64,000 nt of DNA from Thalia democratica. Lineage: Eukaryota. A program made the translations under genes and the position numbers. The stretch lies in NCBI GenBank assembly GCA_965202585.1, contig OZ241833.1, positions 45,074,001 to 45,138,000 on the forward strand. The letters are read 5' to 3'. The notes beneath the pieces are model-generated. The model searched no databases. It was not told the origin of the DNA and saw only the letters and a program-made list of their open reading frames with translations. This document shows, in pieces, positions 36,801 through 49,051 of this stretch. Numbering within the stretch: the first letter of the stretch is position 1; each line of letters opens with the position of its first letter.

Positions 36801-39800
36801 GAGAAATTCTGAAACAAAATCCAGAATTTTCAACAAGAAACACTAAAAAACATGAAAAAATCTTGAATTTTAAACTGTTTTTGCATTTAAAGTAACAAAA
36901 TTCCAATTAGATACAAAAAGCTATCTTATGGATAAAAAAGTTTTTTACTACTTAAAAAATTTCATAAAAGACACACATTTAAAGTAGCTTTACAGTATCT
37001 TTTAAGTGTTGGTATAATATTTGATGCATTTTTGTACCTTAAGTTTAATTTTGTACTAAAAATGGTTCAAAAAAGTTGTTTTTTTTCTAAAACCTGTAAA
37101 AAATTTGAGAAAAACCTTTGACAATCAACCCTGTGCCATTACGGTTGTCACTAAGTAAAAATAGTTTTAAGTATTTAGTTATGCCAAATTCCTCGCCTGC
37201 CTAAGTAATTATGTTTGAAAATTTATATAAACTGTAATTGATGTTGTGTTAACTTCTAAAAGTTGTTACAAAACTATAATTTCCGTTGGTTTATATAACA
37301 TTGGTTTGTATCTGATTATGCTTGTGATTATAATTTCAGTATTAAAGATTTTCAGATTCGAAATGTTGTCAGAGTTTTAAGTTTGTAATTACTTAAATAT
37401 TGTAATCTAGGTCTTATGAGTTTACATGTTACACACTGTGTATCTAATAAAATAAACAATTTTTTAAGTCTGTAAAAGTAAACTTACCTAAGTTTTTGTT
37501 TTTATGCTGTGATGAGTATAAATATACAGGATGGTCACTAAACCTTGAGTTTGAAAATTTAGGCTAAAAAACCTAAAAAAAACCTAGAACTTGAGAAGTT
37601 TTGAAAAAAAAAAGACTGGAAAATTTTTGAACTTGGAACAAAAACAACTAAAAACTTTAATTTTAAACGAAAAATCTATCATATAGATAAACAATTTTGT
37701 CATCATCAAAACATTTTTTATTAGAAAAAAAAAACATTTATAGTAGCTTTACAGTATCTTTTAATGTTAACATCATACTACTTGACACAGTTTTTAACCT
37801 TAAACTAATCATTAAACTAAAAACATACCCAAAAACGTGTGTTTTAGATACTTGGAAGAAATTGAGAAAACCTGGAATATATTGAGAAAACCTGGAATAA
37901 ATTTTCTCAAAAACCAGTGGCCACCCTAAATATAGCCAGGTGTTTGAATTTTTTTAAAATTTTGTTCAACTTTAGTTGGTCAGCTTAAGGTAATAAGTAA
38001 TGGGACAAATTTTAATCAATTTTAATCAAACATTCAAAACTGGTAATAACTCTGCTAAAACCAGCTGCAAGTAAAAGTTTTTTGTTATGGTTGAGTTGTT
38101 TTTGTTAGTACCAATGATTTGTGCAAATAAACATTCAATACCGACTTATTTTAAAAAAATTATAACTTGCGTATTTTTCTATGCACATTAAAATTGTAAT
38201 AAAATGTTTACCCTTCTCATTCTATAATGTTATCAACAAAATGTTTGTGTAAAACTACTTGTAATGTGCTTGAAATAAACTTAGATGTTCATAAAAATGT
38301 CATGATTTCCAGATACAACCCAGAGACAGACAAGCTAGGAATGAGCTACTCCGAGTTCAAAACTGAAGATCTGTCAAAACTCGGACATCTTTCAATATTC
38401 ATATTGGAAAAACTGACATTACTGGATGTACATAGGAATGTCGGGGAAGATAAAAAGTATATGAGGTAATAAGTCTTTATATTGATTTTCATTTTATATA
38501 TTTTTATATTTTTGTGTCACCACTAGCTTTTCCTACATAAAACTATGAAAAAAAAAATTTGTGGTTTTTCAAATTGTTTAACGCTGTGCGTTAGTCTCAG
38601 AAGCAAACTTAACTCAACTTTATGATTAAAAAAATTAAACATATAAGTCACTCATTTAAAAAAGTTAGTTAACTAATTTCATTTAGCGCATCTTCAGAAT
38701 AATATTGCAAGAAACGTTTAAGATAGTAGAAATTTTACTTAAAAATATATTAAAAAGAAGTACATTATAAAATACAACAAAAAGCGGCAGCAATAATACC
38801 AAAATAAATTTCCACTATATTTTATGTTTTTGTATTGTAAATAACTTGAAGTTAACAAAGTATCACTTAACTCTTATTTAAACGTTTCAAACAGACTTTT
38901 ATACTCTATGACGTACCTATTTTTAGCTATACTTTTCAAATTCATTGTATATAACTAAATTTTCACTATATTATTATCAGTTTTTAGCAAGATTATTCTG
39001 ATGATGCGCTAAATGTAATTAATTAATAAACTATTTTTAAAAGAGTGAATTATGTTTAAACTTTTTAGTTATAACCAATACCAAAACCAAACTATTAAAA
39101 AACGTTATAGTTGTGTTTTATAACATGAGGGTTCTATTTATAGTGTACAGGGTTGCCACTTTACCTGGAAAAACCTGGAATTTGACAATTTAGGCTTAAA
39201 TAACCTGGAAAAACCTGGAATTTAAGAAACTTTAAAAAAAACTGGAATTTTGATTCAAAAACCTGGAATTTTCATTAATTTAAACATTTTCAGTTGTAAA
39301 ATTTTGATTTGACACAAAAAGTCTATTATATAATTAAGATTTTTTGTCAAAATCAAAAAAAAAAAAAAAAATTATAAATATTTTTACAGCATCTTTTCAA
39401 TATTTTTATACTATTTAACACAGATTCTTAAATAGAAATTAACTTAAAACTAAAAATAGACCCAAAAATGTATACTTTTAAAAACCTGGAAGAAATTTGG
39501 AAAACCTGGAAAAAACTAGAAAAAACGAGTGGCACCCCTGACTGTAGCTCTTTACACACTAGTGATCTAAGTTTGTATAAAATTATAGATGTCAAAAAAT
39601 TAAACAGCAAACTAATGATTTATCAATTATAACCAAAGCTTTACAACAAATCATCTTACAGAGTATCAAACATGACACTCATAAATCTGATGATACTCAA
39701 TATACTTAAAATACCAAAATTAAAAACAATAAATACTTAACAGAGTATCAAACATGACACTCATAAATCTGATGATACTCAATATACTTAAAATACCAAA

Positions 39801-40276
39801 AATACTAAAATTAAAAACAATAAATCCTTAACAGAGTATCAAACATGACACTCATAAATCTGATGATACTCAATATACTTAAAATACCAAAAATACCAAA
39901 ATTAAAAACAATAAATACTTAACAGAGTATCAAACATGACACTCATAAATCTGATGATACTCAATATACTTAAAATACCAAAAATACTAAAATTAAAAAC
40001 AATAAATCCTTAACAGAGTATCAAACATGACACTCATAAATCTGATGATACTCAATATACTTAAAATACCAAAAATACTAAAATTAAAAACAATAAATTC
40101 TTAACAGAGTATCAAACATGACACTAATAAATCTGATGATACTCAAGATAGGACCGACGCACGAAGGAACATTAACAAACATATTAATTATTCTACAAAT
40201 ACTCTGCAGTTTACTAGCATTCTTCATCAGGTACTATCTCGCCACTCTCTTCTTCGATAGCGCTGTTGTGTTGTAA
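24877..40276 (+). CDS. DPAGT1: UDP-GlcNAc:dolichyl-phosphate GlcNAc-1-phosphotransferase, 408 aa
   Basis: Exons 24877-25017, 27137-27345, 28681-28808, 29938-30006, 31424-31592, 36194-36382, 38313-38465, 40108-40276 (1227 nt, GT-AG, phases consistent). Motifs [66 protein letters not shown]. Confidence 0.97.
25119..25794. mobile_element. TTAA-flanked MITE in DPAGT1 intron 1
   Basis: TTAA|GGATATAAGGGGGTC...GACCCCCCTATGCCC|TTAA. Confidence 0.75.
29215..29632 (+). mobile_element. CAGGGTTGCCA-family MITE (intron 3)
   Basis: CAGGGTTGCCACT...AGTGGCAACC with AAAACCTGGAA subterminal arrays; right end clipped, partial TSD ATTAT. Confidence 0.85.
30463..30950. mobile_element. Palindromic element with TTTTGCAC(A/G)A subterminal arrays and GGGTAAGGGTTA motifs
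   Basis: GGGTCAAAATTACACA.../...TGTGCAAAATTGACACC termini; homologous to 42583-43221. Confidence 0.7.
31080..31423 (+). repeat. Four tandem copies of the DPAGT1 exon-5 acceptor plus first ~40 nt
   Basis: Copies start at 31080 (acceptor lost), 31191, 31268 and 31345; the real exon starts at 31424. Confidence 0.95.
31593..32030 (+). repeat. Four ~105-bp tandem copies of the DPAGT1 exon-5 3' half plus donor
   Basis: TACTATAACAG|GT donors at 31698 and 31909, GA at 31803, degenerate copy ending ~32025. Confidence 0.95.
32931..34217 (+). mobile_element. 1.29-kb CAGGGTTGCCA-family element, 6-bp TSD TTTTTA
   Basis: TTTTTA|CAGGGTTGCCACT...AGTGGCAACCATG|TTTTTA with AGTCAGGAAA subterminal repeats; no transposase ORF. 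Confidence 0.9.
36735..37133 (+). mobile_element. Degenerate CAGGGTTGCCA-family copy
   Basis: AAAAACCTGGAAATTGACAATTTAG body and CAACCCTG right end; left end unclear. Confidence 0.55.
37527..37928 (+). mobile_element. CAGGGTTGCCA-family MITE, 6-bp TSD AATATA
   Basis: AATATA|CAGGATGGTCACT...AGTGGCCACCCTA|AATATA. Confidence 0.85.
38635..39059. mobile_element. MITE with ~85-bp terminal inverted repeats
   Basis: TTAAACAT...TTTAGCGCATCTTCAGAATAATATTGC versus GCAAGATTATTCTGATGATGCGCTAAA...ATGTTTAA. Confidence 0.75.
39148..39540 (+). mobile_element. CAGGGTTGCCA-family MITE, TSD AGTGTA/ACTGTA
   Basis: CAGGGTTGCCACT...AGTGGCACCCCTG; 6-bp flanks match 5/6. Confidence 0.9.
39662..40107 (+). repeat. 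Five 82-91-bp tandem copies of the DPAGT1 last-exon start, each behind its own AG
   Basis: Units start at 39662, 39744, 39835, 39926 and 40017; the true exon starts at 40108. Confidence 0.97.
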
Positions 40277-41390
40277 CTCCCTCTCTCGTTTTTGATTCTC
40301 TCGTTTTGAGTTGTCTCTTTAATGGGTTGATTCTCATTTGTGTTTAGCCGACTAATATTTTTATTTATTATTGTTTTATCCAATTAACTCTACCTGAATA
40401 AAAAAGAGCAGTGATTATTTTTTATAAATTTATAAATTAACTGTATTAAATGTTTTAAAATAGTTTAAATATCTATTCAATATTAAATAATCTTTATTAA
40501 CCAATTACATGTAAAATTCTATATAAAACTATGTTCAATTATATTACATATGAAAAAACCTTATTCTTTAGAAAATAAATTAATAAAAAATCAACTTGTA
40601 CAGCTTTTGGTTAATTAGTCAATTTTTATTATTATTTTTATAATATTATGAAAAAAATAAAATTTAATATATACTTTTTAATAATATAAATGCTCTATAA
40701 TTTTTGTATTTTTATTTAATGAAGCGTATATTGCAGTAATCTCATTTATTTGGTGTTATATTTATACATATTAAAATTAGTTAAACTAAGCTTAAATATT
40801 CTTCTAAAAGATAGAATTATTTTATTGACTAATATTAAAAAATCTTTAATAAGATAAGAATTTGTAATTTTTCTTAATTTTTTGCAACTAGCTTTTTATA
40901 TTCAACTAATAAAAGTAGCTTGTAGTACATCAGAGTTAAAAAAATTAAATTTATTGTTAATTAGTTCTGTTATGTTTACCAAAGATAAATTTTAAGTCAC
41001 TATTTTTAAATTAAAAAGTAGGTAAAATCCTATATTGTTTAAAATTTATATATGCACTTTTTCTTTTCTATTTATTTTTTCTATAATAAACTTTTATACA
41101 CATGAGTTGTAATTTTGTTTTATTAGATATAAAATTCTTCAAATATTAAAAACTAGTCTAGTGTATATTAGATATTCATGGTTTAGCTTGAACTAACAAT
41201 TTAAACTGTTAGCTTTCTTTAAATGTAAAAAAGTAAAAGAAATTGTTTGTTACATAAGTCAACATTTGTATAAGTGTTACCTAATAGACGATATAAGACT
41301 TTAAAATAAGATAAAATTTTTGGTACAAATTCAACGAGTTTTACCCCTTCAGATTTGAACATTTAAGTTGATTTTATTCAATTCAAATTA

Positions 41391-41682
41391 CAGGGTTGCC
41401 CTTAAACATGGAATCCTTGAGTTTAAGAAATTAAAAAAAACCTGGTACTTAAATAACTTTTACACGTTAAGTAACGAAATTTAAATTTGCCACATAAAAT
41501 CTATCAGATAGATAAAAAAAATTGTCATTATTAAGTTTTTTTTAAGTTAAAAGTAACTTATCAGAATTATATCAATGTTGTTTTACTTTTAAGACATTTT
41601 TTTTACCTAAACTTAATTTTTTACCAAAAAAACTGTTTTTGAAAACATGGAAGAAATTTCTTAAAAACTTTTAGCAACTCTG
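41391..41682 (+). mobile_element. Degenerate CAGGGTTGCC-family MITE, TSD AAATTA/AAATAA
   Basis: CAGGGTTGCC...GCAACTCTG; flanks match 5/6. Confidence 0.7.
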
Positions 41683-42582
41683 AAATAATAAAAACTGATG
41701 TTATTAAAAGCAAATAGGTTATGATTATTAATATATGTTAAACAGAAAGTTTACAAAAGTGAAAAATGTATTTAAAGCTTATAGTTACTTTTTTGTTTGT
41801 AGCTGATTTAAGTTTTTCTTTTCAAAATTAGCTTCATCTTTATAGAAGTAAACCTACTTTCTAGAACTAAGATAGTAAACGATATACTCTAGTTTAAACA
41901 GCATTGAATATGCAAAGTACAATTAAAGTAAGCTTTCTTCAAAAAAAGCAAACACATAATACAGTCAAAGTAAAAGATCTTGCATTAATAGGATGACTAT
42001 TTTTATAACGCCTTTTTAAGCACTTGTGCAAAAAAAAAAATTAATTTATAAAGTGTTTTGAAACATATAATAATTACAATAACTGAGTTGTCAGAAGATT
42101 ATCACCGAAAAACTAGCGTTGACCTGTGTTTCTAAAAAAATAACTAAGAAAATTAGAGAAAGCATTGTCATAACAGTTTTGAAATATTTGTTATTCGAAT
42201 ATAAAGACGTTTGTAAGTTGCTGTAAATAGAAGAACTTTGATTGCGGTTTTAAAATCAACTATGAAAAGTAATTTAACAATTAAATTTATCTTTCGAATA
42301 CATCTACAATGAATTACTCTTTTTTACAATTAATTACATTTGTATAAAAACAGGTTTGAAACTTTTCAAAGTGTTTGTACCTAACGAATCCTTAAAAATT
42401 GTTTAAATCTTAATAGCTTACCAATTTTTGTCGTACTAATGTGTTATTAGCGCTTTTATGTTTATTTTTCATTTAGCTGTGTTAAATGTAAAAAGTATTT
42501 TTTAAAATTTCATTTGACCAATAACAGTTTTAATCAGAACATATTTTTAGGATTTTTCTTCTTAAGTGCCTTGTAGGGGAAC

Positions 42583-43221
42583 AGGTCACTTTTACACGAG
42601 AGTCACTTTTGCAAGAGCGTCAATTTTGCACGAGAGGACTTTTCTGCACAAAGGCACTTTTTCACGAAGGGACACTTTTGCACGGCGTCACTTTAGCAAA
42701 AGGGGACACTATTTATCGGCGTCACTTTTGCACGGATGGTCACTCTTGCAAAAAGAATCATTTTTGCACGAGAGTAAAAAAATAATATAATATAAAAATA
42801 GGAAAAAAATAAGATTTAGTGGTAATAGTGATAATAAAAATATATAAAATTACAATAAAAAATAAAAATAAGAAATAGACTAAAATATAAGAAACAAAAA
42901 AAAAAAGAGTAAAAAATTAAATGACTGACAGTAAGGGTAAGGGGTAAAAGCTATAGAAAATAATATATCTATCTAATAAAAATTATCAAAAATAAGACAG
43001 GAAAAAAATTATAAATAAAATTTACTGACCTAAGGTAAAGGTTAGGGGTAGTAGTGAAAAAAAAAAAAAGTAAATAAAACGAATTTGATTTTTTTTTCTA
43101 ATTAAGCAAATGTGTCTTGGTCCAAAAATGTCCTCTCGTGCTAATAACGTAACGCTCGTGCAAAAGAGTCGCCGTGTAAAAGTGTCTTATCGTGCAAAAG
43201 TGTCACCTCTTGCAAAAGTGC
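42583..43221. mobile_element. Palindromic TTTTGCACGA-array element
   Basis: Left arrays of CACTTTTGCAC(G/A)A, right arrays of TCGTGCAAAAG, central A-rich tract with GGTTAGGGGTAG. Confidence 0.75.
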
Positions 43222-43265
43222 AAATCTATAACATTAATTTTTTTTTAATAAAAAAAAAAAGATTC

Positions 43266-45000
43266 AACGCCAAATTTGCCTTTGTCTTATAACTAAAATA
43301 AACTATCAAACGAAATTTTTTGTTTAGACTAAAAATAGCAATAATCAAGTACTGTTAAAAAACCCTCAAAAACATTAATCTATTAATCAAACATATAAAA
43401 TACAGCTAAAAAATAAGATATAAAATTTTAACACTTGGTAAAATTTAATTTATTATCTTTGTAAGCACATTATAGAAAACCAAATTTATGATAACTTAAG
43501 TTGATTAATTTAAGTAATTTGTATTTATTTCTATACCATTTCCATAGGTTGATAAAACAGATGTTTGTAAATTTCAGTTTGTAGGTAGATGTTTTAGTTA
43601 GAATTTATAACTTAATGTAAAAAAAAGTAAGTAAAACTAAAGCTTGTATGCAAAATTAGAACTAATTAAATTTTTAAATACCTCTAGTGGTTAAAATATT
43701 AAAAACTCATAAAGTTTACCTCAACAAATATGTTTACAAACTCTCAATGTTTAATATTATTAAGCTCTTCTGACAAACATTACACTGTAAATATTTAAAG
43801 CTGCTGTAAATGCAGTGTAAAAACAAAACTGATTTCATGAAGTATGTTCTTAACTTTTTTGTAAATAAACAATGTGATTTAATATAACACTAAGAAATTT
43901 TCATTGGTAAAAAAATGATAATCTGTGATAAATGAATTTTTAAGAGGTACAATTAAACATTTATGTATTTGAATAAACTTGAATGTAGTGCTTTTGTATG
44001 TACATACTGTAAAACAAATTACTGACAATTTTTCAAAAAAATACGAATATTTTTCGTTAAAGTATGCCATTTTTTTACTTAATGATGTAAAAGATACAAA
44101 ATTATCGTAAAACAATATTAAACTAAATAAGTCTATGTATAAAATTTACTATGTTTGAAACTTTTATCAAAAATAAATTTAGATATAACGCCAAACTTGC
44201 CTTTGGTATATAATTGAAATCAAACGGAAATTTTTGTTTAGATTAAAAATAGCAATAATCATGTACTGTTTGAAATGCTCGAAAAATTAATCTGCTAATC
44301 AAACAAATAAAATACAGCATAAAACATTATATAAAGTTCTAACATTTGATAACTTTTTAAAATTATCTTTGTAAGCATATTATATACAATGAAATTTATA
44401 ATAACTTAAGTTAATTTATTTGAAGTTGTTTGTATATATTTTTATACCATTTCTATAGGTTGATAAAACATATGTTTGTCAATTTTGGTTTGTAGATAGT
44501 GGTTTTAGTTAAATTTTATAATCAAATGTAAAAAAGGTATGTAAAACTAAAGCTTGTACGAAAAATTAGAACTAATGCCTCTAGTGGTTAAAATATTAAA
44601 AACTCCCAAAGTTTACTTCATCCAATAAGTATATAAACTTTCAAATTTAAATAGTTTTAAACCACTTTTTACAATTATCACATTGGAACTATTTTAAGCT
44701 GCTGTAAGTGCAGTGTAAAAAAAAAACTGACTTCATTGAATTTATTCTTCAATTTTTTTTTTCTAAATATACAACATAAGTAAATGTTTACTTGTAAAAA
44801 GTTAGTAATCTGTGAAAAGTGAGTTTTTTTTTTTAAATTACAATTAAACATTTATGTATTTGAATAACTTTTAATGAAGTGTTTTGGTATATACATACTG
44901 AAAAATTTAACTATTGATTTTTTTTCAAAAATACAGATACTTAATGTTTATGTATGAGTTGTATGTATGTATTATATTTTTGTTAAGATTTAAAAAAAAA
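43266..45000. repeat. ~921-bp diverged tandem duplication
   Basis: AACGCCAAA(T/C)TTGCCTTTG starts at 43266 and 44187, and colinear blocks follow (e.g. CCTCTAGTGGTTAAAATATTAAAAACTC). Confidence 0.85.
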
Positions 45001-45249
45001 TCCCAATTTATAAAAATGCTTAAAAAAATAAATGGTCAAAATTATAACCCTTGATTAGAACATTTTTATTATCTATGTAAGCGTATATTAGAAAACAAAC
45101 TTTATGATAGCTTAATTCATTAAAATAAAGTTCTTTAAATAATTTTTCCAACCATATCAATAAGATAATAAAGTAGATGATTATACAATAAGCTACAAAA
45201 GACACATAATTTCAAAAACATGCTTGTGTGTAGTTTTTATAGGTTATGA

Positions 45250-46893
45250 CAGTGGCGTAGCGTGGTATTTTGGTCAGGGGGTGCGGAAATTTTTTCTCAA
45301 AAAATCCCCTAAATTAAAACTTTTGGGCTGCTAATTTTTCGGGGTCAATTTTCTCGTAAATTTAAAAAAAATACTAAAAAACTATCTCCTACTTCATTTT
45401 TCAAGCAATCTTCTTCAAACTTTAGAAAATATTCCTTAACTTACAAAAAAAAAACGTTACTTATGAATTTTGATAATTATAATAAATAAAAAATTTATAA
45501 AAAAAAAAAAAAAAAGTCTTTTTTTTTTCAAAAAGAAATTTTACGATAAATTTTCAAATTCACAAGTAATGTTTTTTGTTATTGTAAAGATATTAAACTG
45601 TTTAAGTTTGAAGAAGATTACTTAAAAAAGGTAGGAGGAGATAGATTTTTAACAAACTAGCCTTTTTTCGCTGTTTTAGTCTTCCCTTCCCATAGGGAAC
45701 CTATTATACGGCCCGACTTTGACTAGTCATATCTCAAAAAAAAAAAGATTTTTTTAAAACAACAAAAAGCATCTTAAAGCTTAAAAAAAATCCGTAAGTT
45801 AGATTAACTTCTAAAAAACATGGCAGTAAGATTTTACTAAATGTTTCTGATACAAAACAAAATTTTTAAAAGATAAATTTTTTAAGGTCAACTTTTTCAA
45901 TGCTTTTAAAAATTCACAAGAAATATAACTTTTCACTTATCTTTAAATCAGTTTTTCAAAGATCTTTAGGGAATAGCATTTTTAAATACTACAAACAGTT
46001 GGTAGAAATTTTTTTTTAATAATATTTAAAATTTGATTAAAAACTAAATAAATTTAAATTTAAAACTAATCAATTATGTGTTTTAGACTAAAAATTGATT
46101 GTAAAAATTCTGTTTTACAAGTTGCTATAAATTTATTCATGATGTGACTAAAAAGCTTTAAAATAACTTGCTACAAAATTGATTAATTTTTAAACTTTAT
46201 GGCTGATAGAATAAAAAAGTTTGATTTGTTTGTTATCTTATAAAAAAAGCAACTACTTTTAATAAAAATTTTAAGTTTAATTAATTTAAACAATACTTTT
46301 TGTATAGAGAGAATAAAACTGTAAACACAGTATGAACTGTTTGTTTATTATTTGTTTTAATTTAATTTTTCTACCTTTTGTTATTTTTCTTTTAAATAAT
46401 GTTGTTAATGTTTTTTATTCTTATTATCAATTTATTCTTATTTTATTTGCAGTTGTTTATTGCTATGTTTACTACAATTTGTTTATTCTTGAACCATTAT
46501 CACTATAAAACAGGCTTAGCTTTATGGTTTGTTAACAAAATGTTAGCATTTGTCCTTGTAAAAAAATCTGTCATAAGGTTATACTACTGCGGTGCTCTAA
46601 CTAGTTGCGTACTGTTTAAGTCTAAATTATTATGAAGTTAAAAAAAATTTCCTTATGGAGTTTTTCATCAACATCGGTACGCATTTGCAATTACGCACCG
46701 AATCAGTATACTGGGTAATTTCCCTAACTTGTTACTAATTGGTATTCGAAATTTCGTTTTACTTTTCGAACACTAGAAAAAAGTAGTTTAAAAAAGGCAA
46801 ATTAAGCAGCCGAAATAAACAATAAAGGATAAAGATGGATATTTTTTTAGGTGGCTTGCATGCGCCAGCGTCCCTCCCCACGCTACGCCCCTG
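45250..46893. mobile_element. Non-autonomous hAT-like element, with part of the TTAA foldback family nested inside
   Basis: TIR CAGTGGCGTAGCGTGG / CCACGCTACGCCCCTG (15/16); 8-bp flanks GGTTATGA/GTTAATGA (6/8). Region ~45380-45830 shares GGAGATAGATTTTT...GACTTTGAC...ATATCTCAAAAA with the foldback family. Confidence 0.8.
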
Positions 46894-49051
46894 GTTAATG
46901 ATACAACTATCTTTATAAATGGTAAAACTCTTTTGTTTTATAAGTTATTTTTAAATTTCTATTTTATAAACTTTAGTTTATATTTTCTTTTTAGTTGGTA
47001 AATAATAAATAGTTTAGTAGCAATAAAACATCTCTATAAATCTGCAAATTTGACTTCTATTGTTAAGTATGTAATAATTTTTAACAAATAATGAAAAAGA
47101 ACAGTAAAACTAAATTAGAGAGTGCTTAAAATAGATAATAAAATATTATTAATTTTTTAGTTCAAGTCAAACAAAACTTTAACAGTTATATTTTTACTAC
47201 ATGTTTTGATACTTTGAAAACAAATATATAGATCTCAATAGCTAGAAGAGAAATAATATATTTTTTCTTTGAAGACTTTGTTACGCATACTAAGTTTCAG
47301 TCAACTCAAAGCTCTTTTATTACTATTAACTACATTTTTATTTAAGCAATGTTTATTTTGAAAATTCACTAGAAGAAAAAAAGAAGCCTACATATAGGTT
47401 CTTATAGCTTTTTTTTATTATTATATTGATTTCGAAACTTAACTAAAACTTAAACTTTCCCATAAATTCCACCTCAGATTTAAATTTTATTTGTTTTGTT
47501 TTCAAGTAGAAAATTATTTTCATTTTATTGTTTAAGTACATTTTTTTATGACTGTTGCATATCTTTTTAGATTTTTTATTTAAGCACTGACTAAGTCTTT
47601 AAGCGAAACTTAGTTTGAATAATTAAGTCTTAAAAGTAATACTTTTATGTTAAACTCTTAAGTAAGAAATATGAAGACTAGCGATTCTGCAGTGTATAAG
47701 TTCTGTAATTTTATTGTACTAAAATGATGTAGTATAATGTATAAAAAATTATGTTAAAATTTTTATGTTTAAATTAGTTTAAAATTAAATAAATTTCGAA
47801 GGTTAGTAAATATTTATAAGTAGTAATTTTTTATTTTTAAGATAAATTCAGTTTAAAATTTTTAAAGTTATAAAATTATTTGTTATATTGAGTGATATGT
47901 AAAATTAACGTGGTTTTAAAGTGTTTGTTTTTATAATTTTACAAAATTAATGTTAACATTGTTTTTTGAAACATAATGTTTGTTTATTACTAAAAGTGAC
48001 ATAGATGAATTACCGACTCTTAAGAATCTTATGAATGTCAAACATTTTAAAACACCAGATAAAATAAGAGTTTAACTACTTATTAAACTCAATCAAACCA
48101 ATTAAGTTATTAAAAAAAAAATTAATTTAACTCTTGTTATAAATAGTTAGTCGGAATTTTATTTTTTAAGTAATTAAATTAACAAGTAAACAACTGTATT
48201 AGCTTAATGTAAAGGCTGTTCATTCTTTATGAAAAATAGTTTAATTTGGTAAAAATAAAGAATAATTTGTAATAATTAAAAACAAACCTTTTCAGTTTAA
48301 ATTCAAGTTTGTATCTTATAATTTAGTAGCAAACAACAGTTGGGATTTTAGAAACTTTGTTTGTAGTTTTTTGTTCTCTAAACGTTATTTAAATGTAAAA
48401 AAAAGGTGAATAATTTTTAGACAATAAAATATTGCTTAGCTTTATGGCAAGAAACAGTTTTTAAAAAATACACAAACTAAAACTGTATAGCAGTTTTATT
48501 TATTTAAATCTGAAACAAAAAATATTTCTTGTTAGTAATACAACAATATAATAACATTTTTCCTATAGTTTTATATTAATCATCCCTGAAAAAGACAAAA
48601 TAATTTTAATATAAATATAACTTTGTTTGGAAGGATTTTCAAAGTTGAAAAATATCTCAATGTATGAGTATATATTACAAAATTTACAACTGTAATTCTT
48701 ATATAAAGTTTATAGAAGAATTTAAAAATATTAGAAGTTATTTTCTCTTATTGTTAGTACTTTTTACTAGTAGGTATTATAATTTAATTATATTCAGCAA
48801 AACTAACTCAAAAATTTCAAATCATCTTTAGTTTTATTTTTATTATCAAGTCTATTGCAATATTGAAAAGTCTTAATTAAACCTAATAAAAATAAGTAAG
48901 AAAAACACACAATATTAGTTAATGTGAATTTGCTTACTTTTGTACATGTATGTTAAATACTTGTGGCTTTTACCTAAAAAAAAGTTGACTACTAAGCTTT
49001 TCAGGATAGTAATAGTTACTTGCAAAGCAACATAATTTCATTTTTATACAG

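Noticed and set aside
39662-40107. CRISPR-like appearance of regular arrays (also 10520-10880 and 31191-31423)
   Set aside because: No unique spacers, no cas genes, spliceosomal context; units are whole tandem copies.
16000-48000. Numerous 60-105 aa F/L/I/K/N-rich ORFs (e.g. 23285, 27472, 32777, 33086, 43879, 46399)
   Set aside because: Expected by chance in very AT-rich or repeat sequence, many with non-ATG starts; no motifs or splice support.
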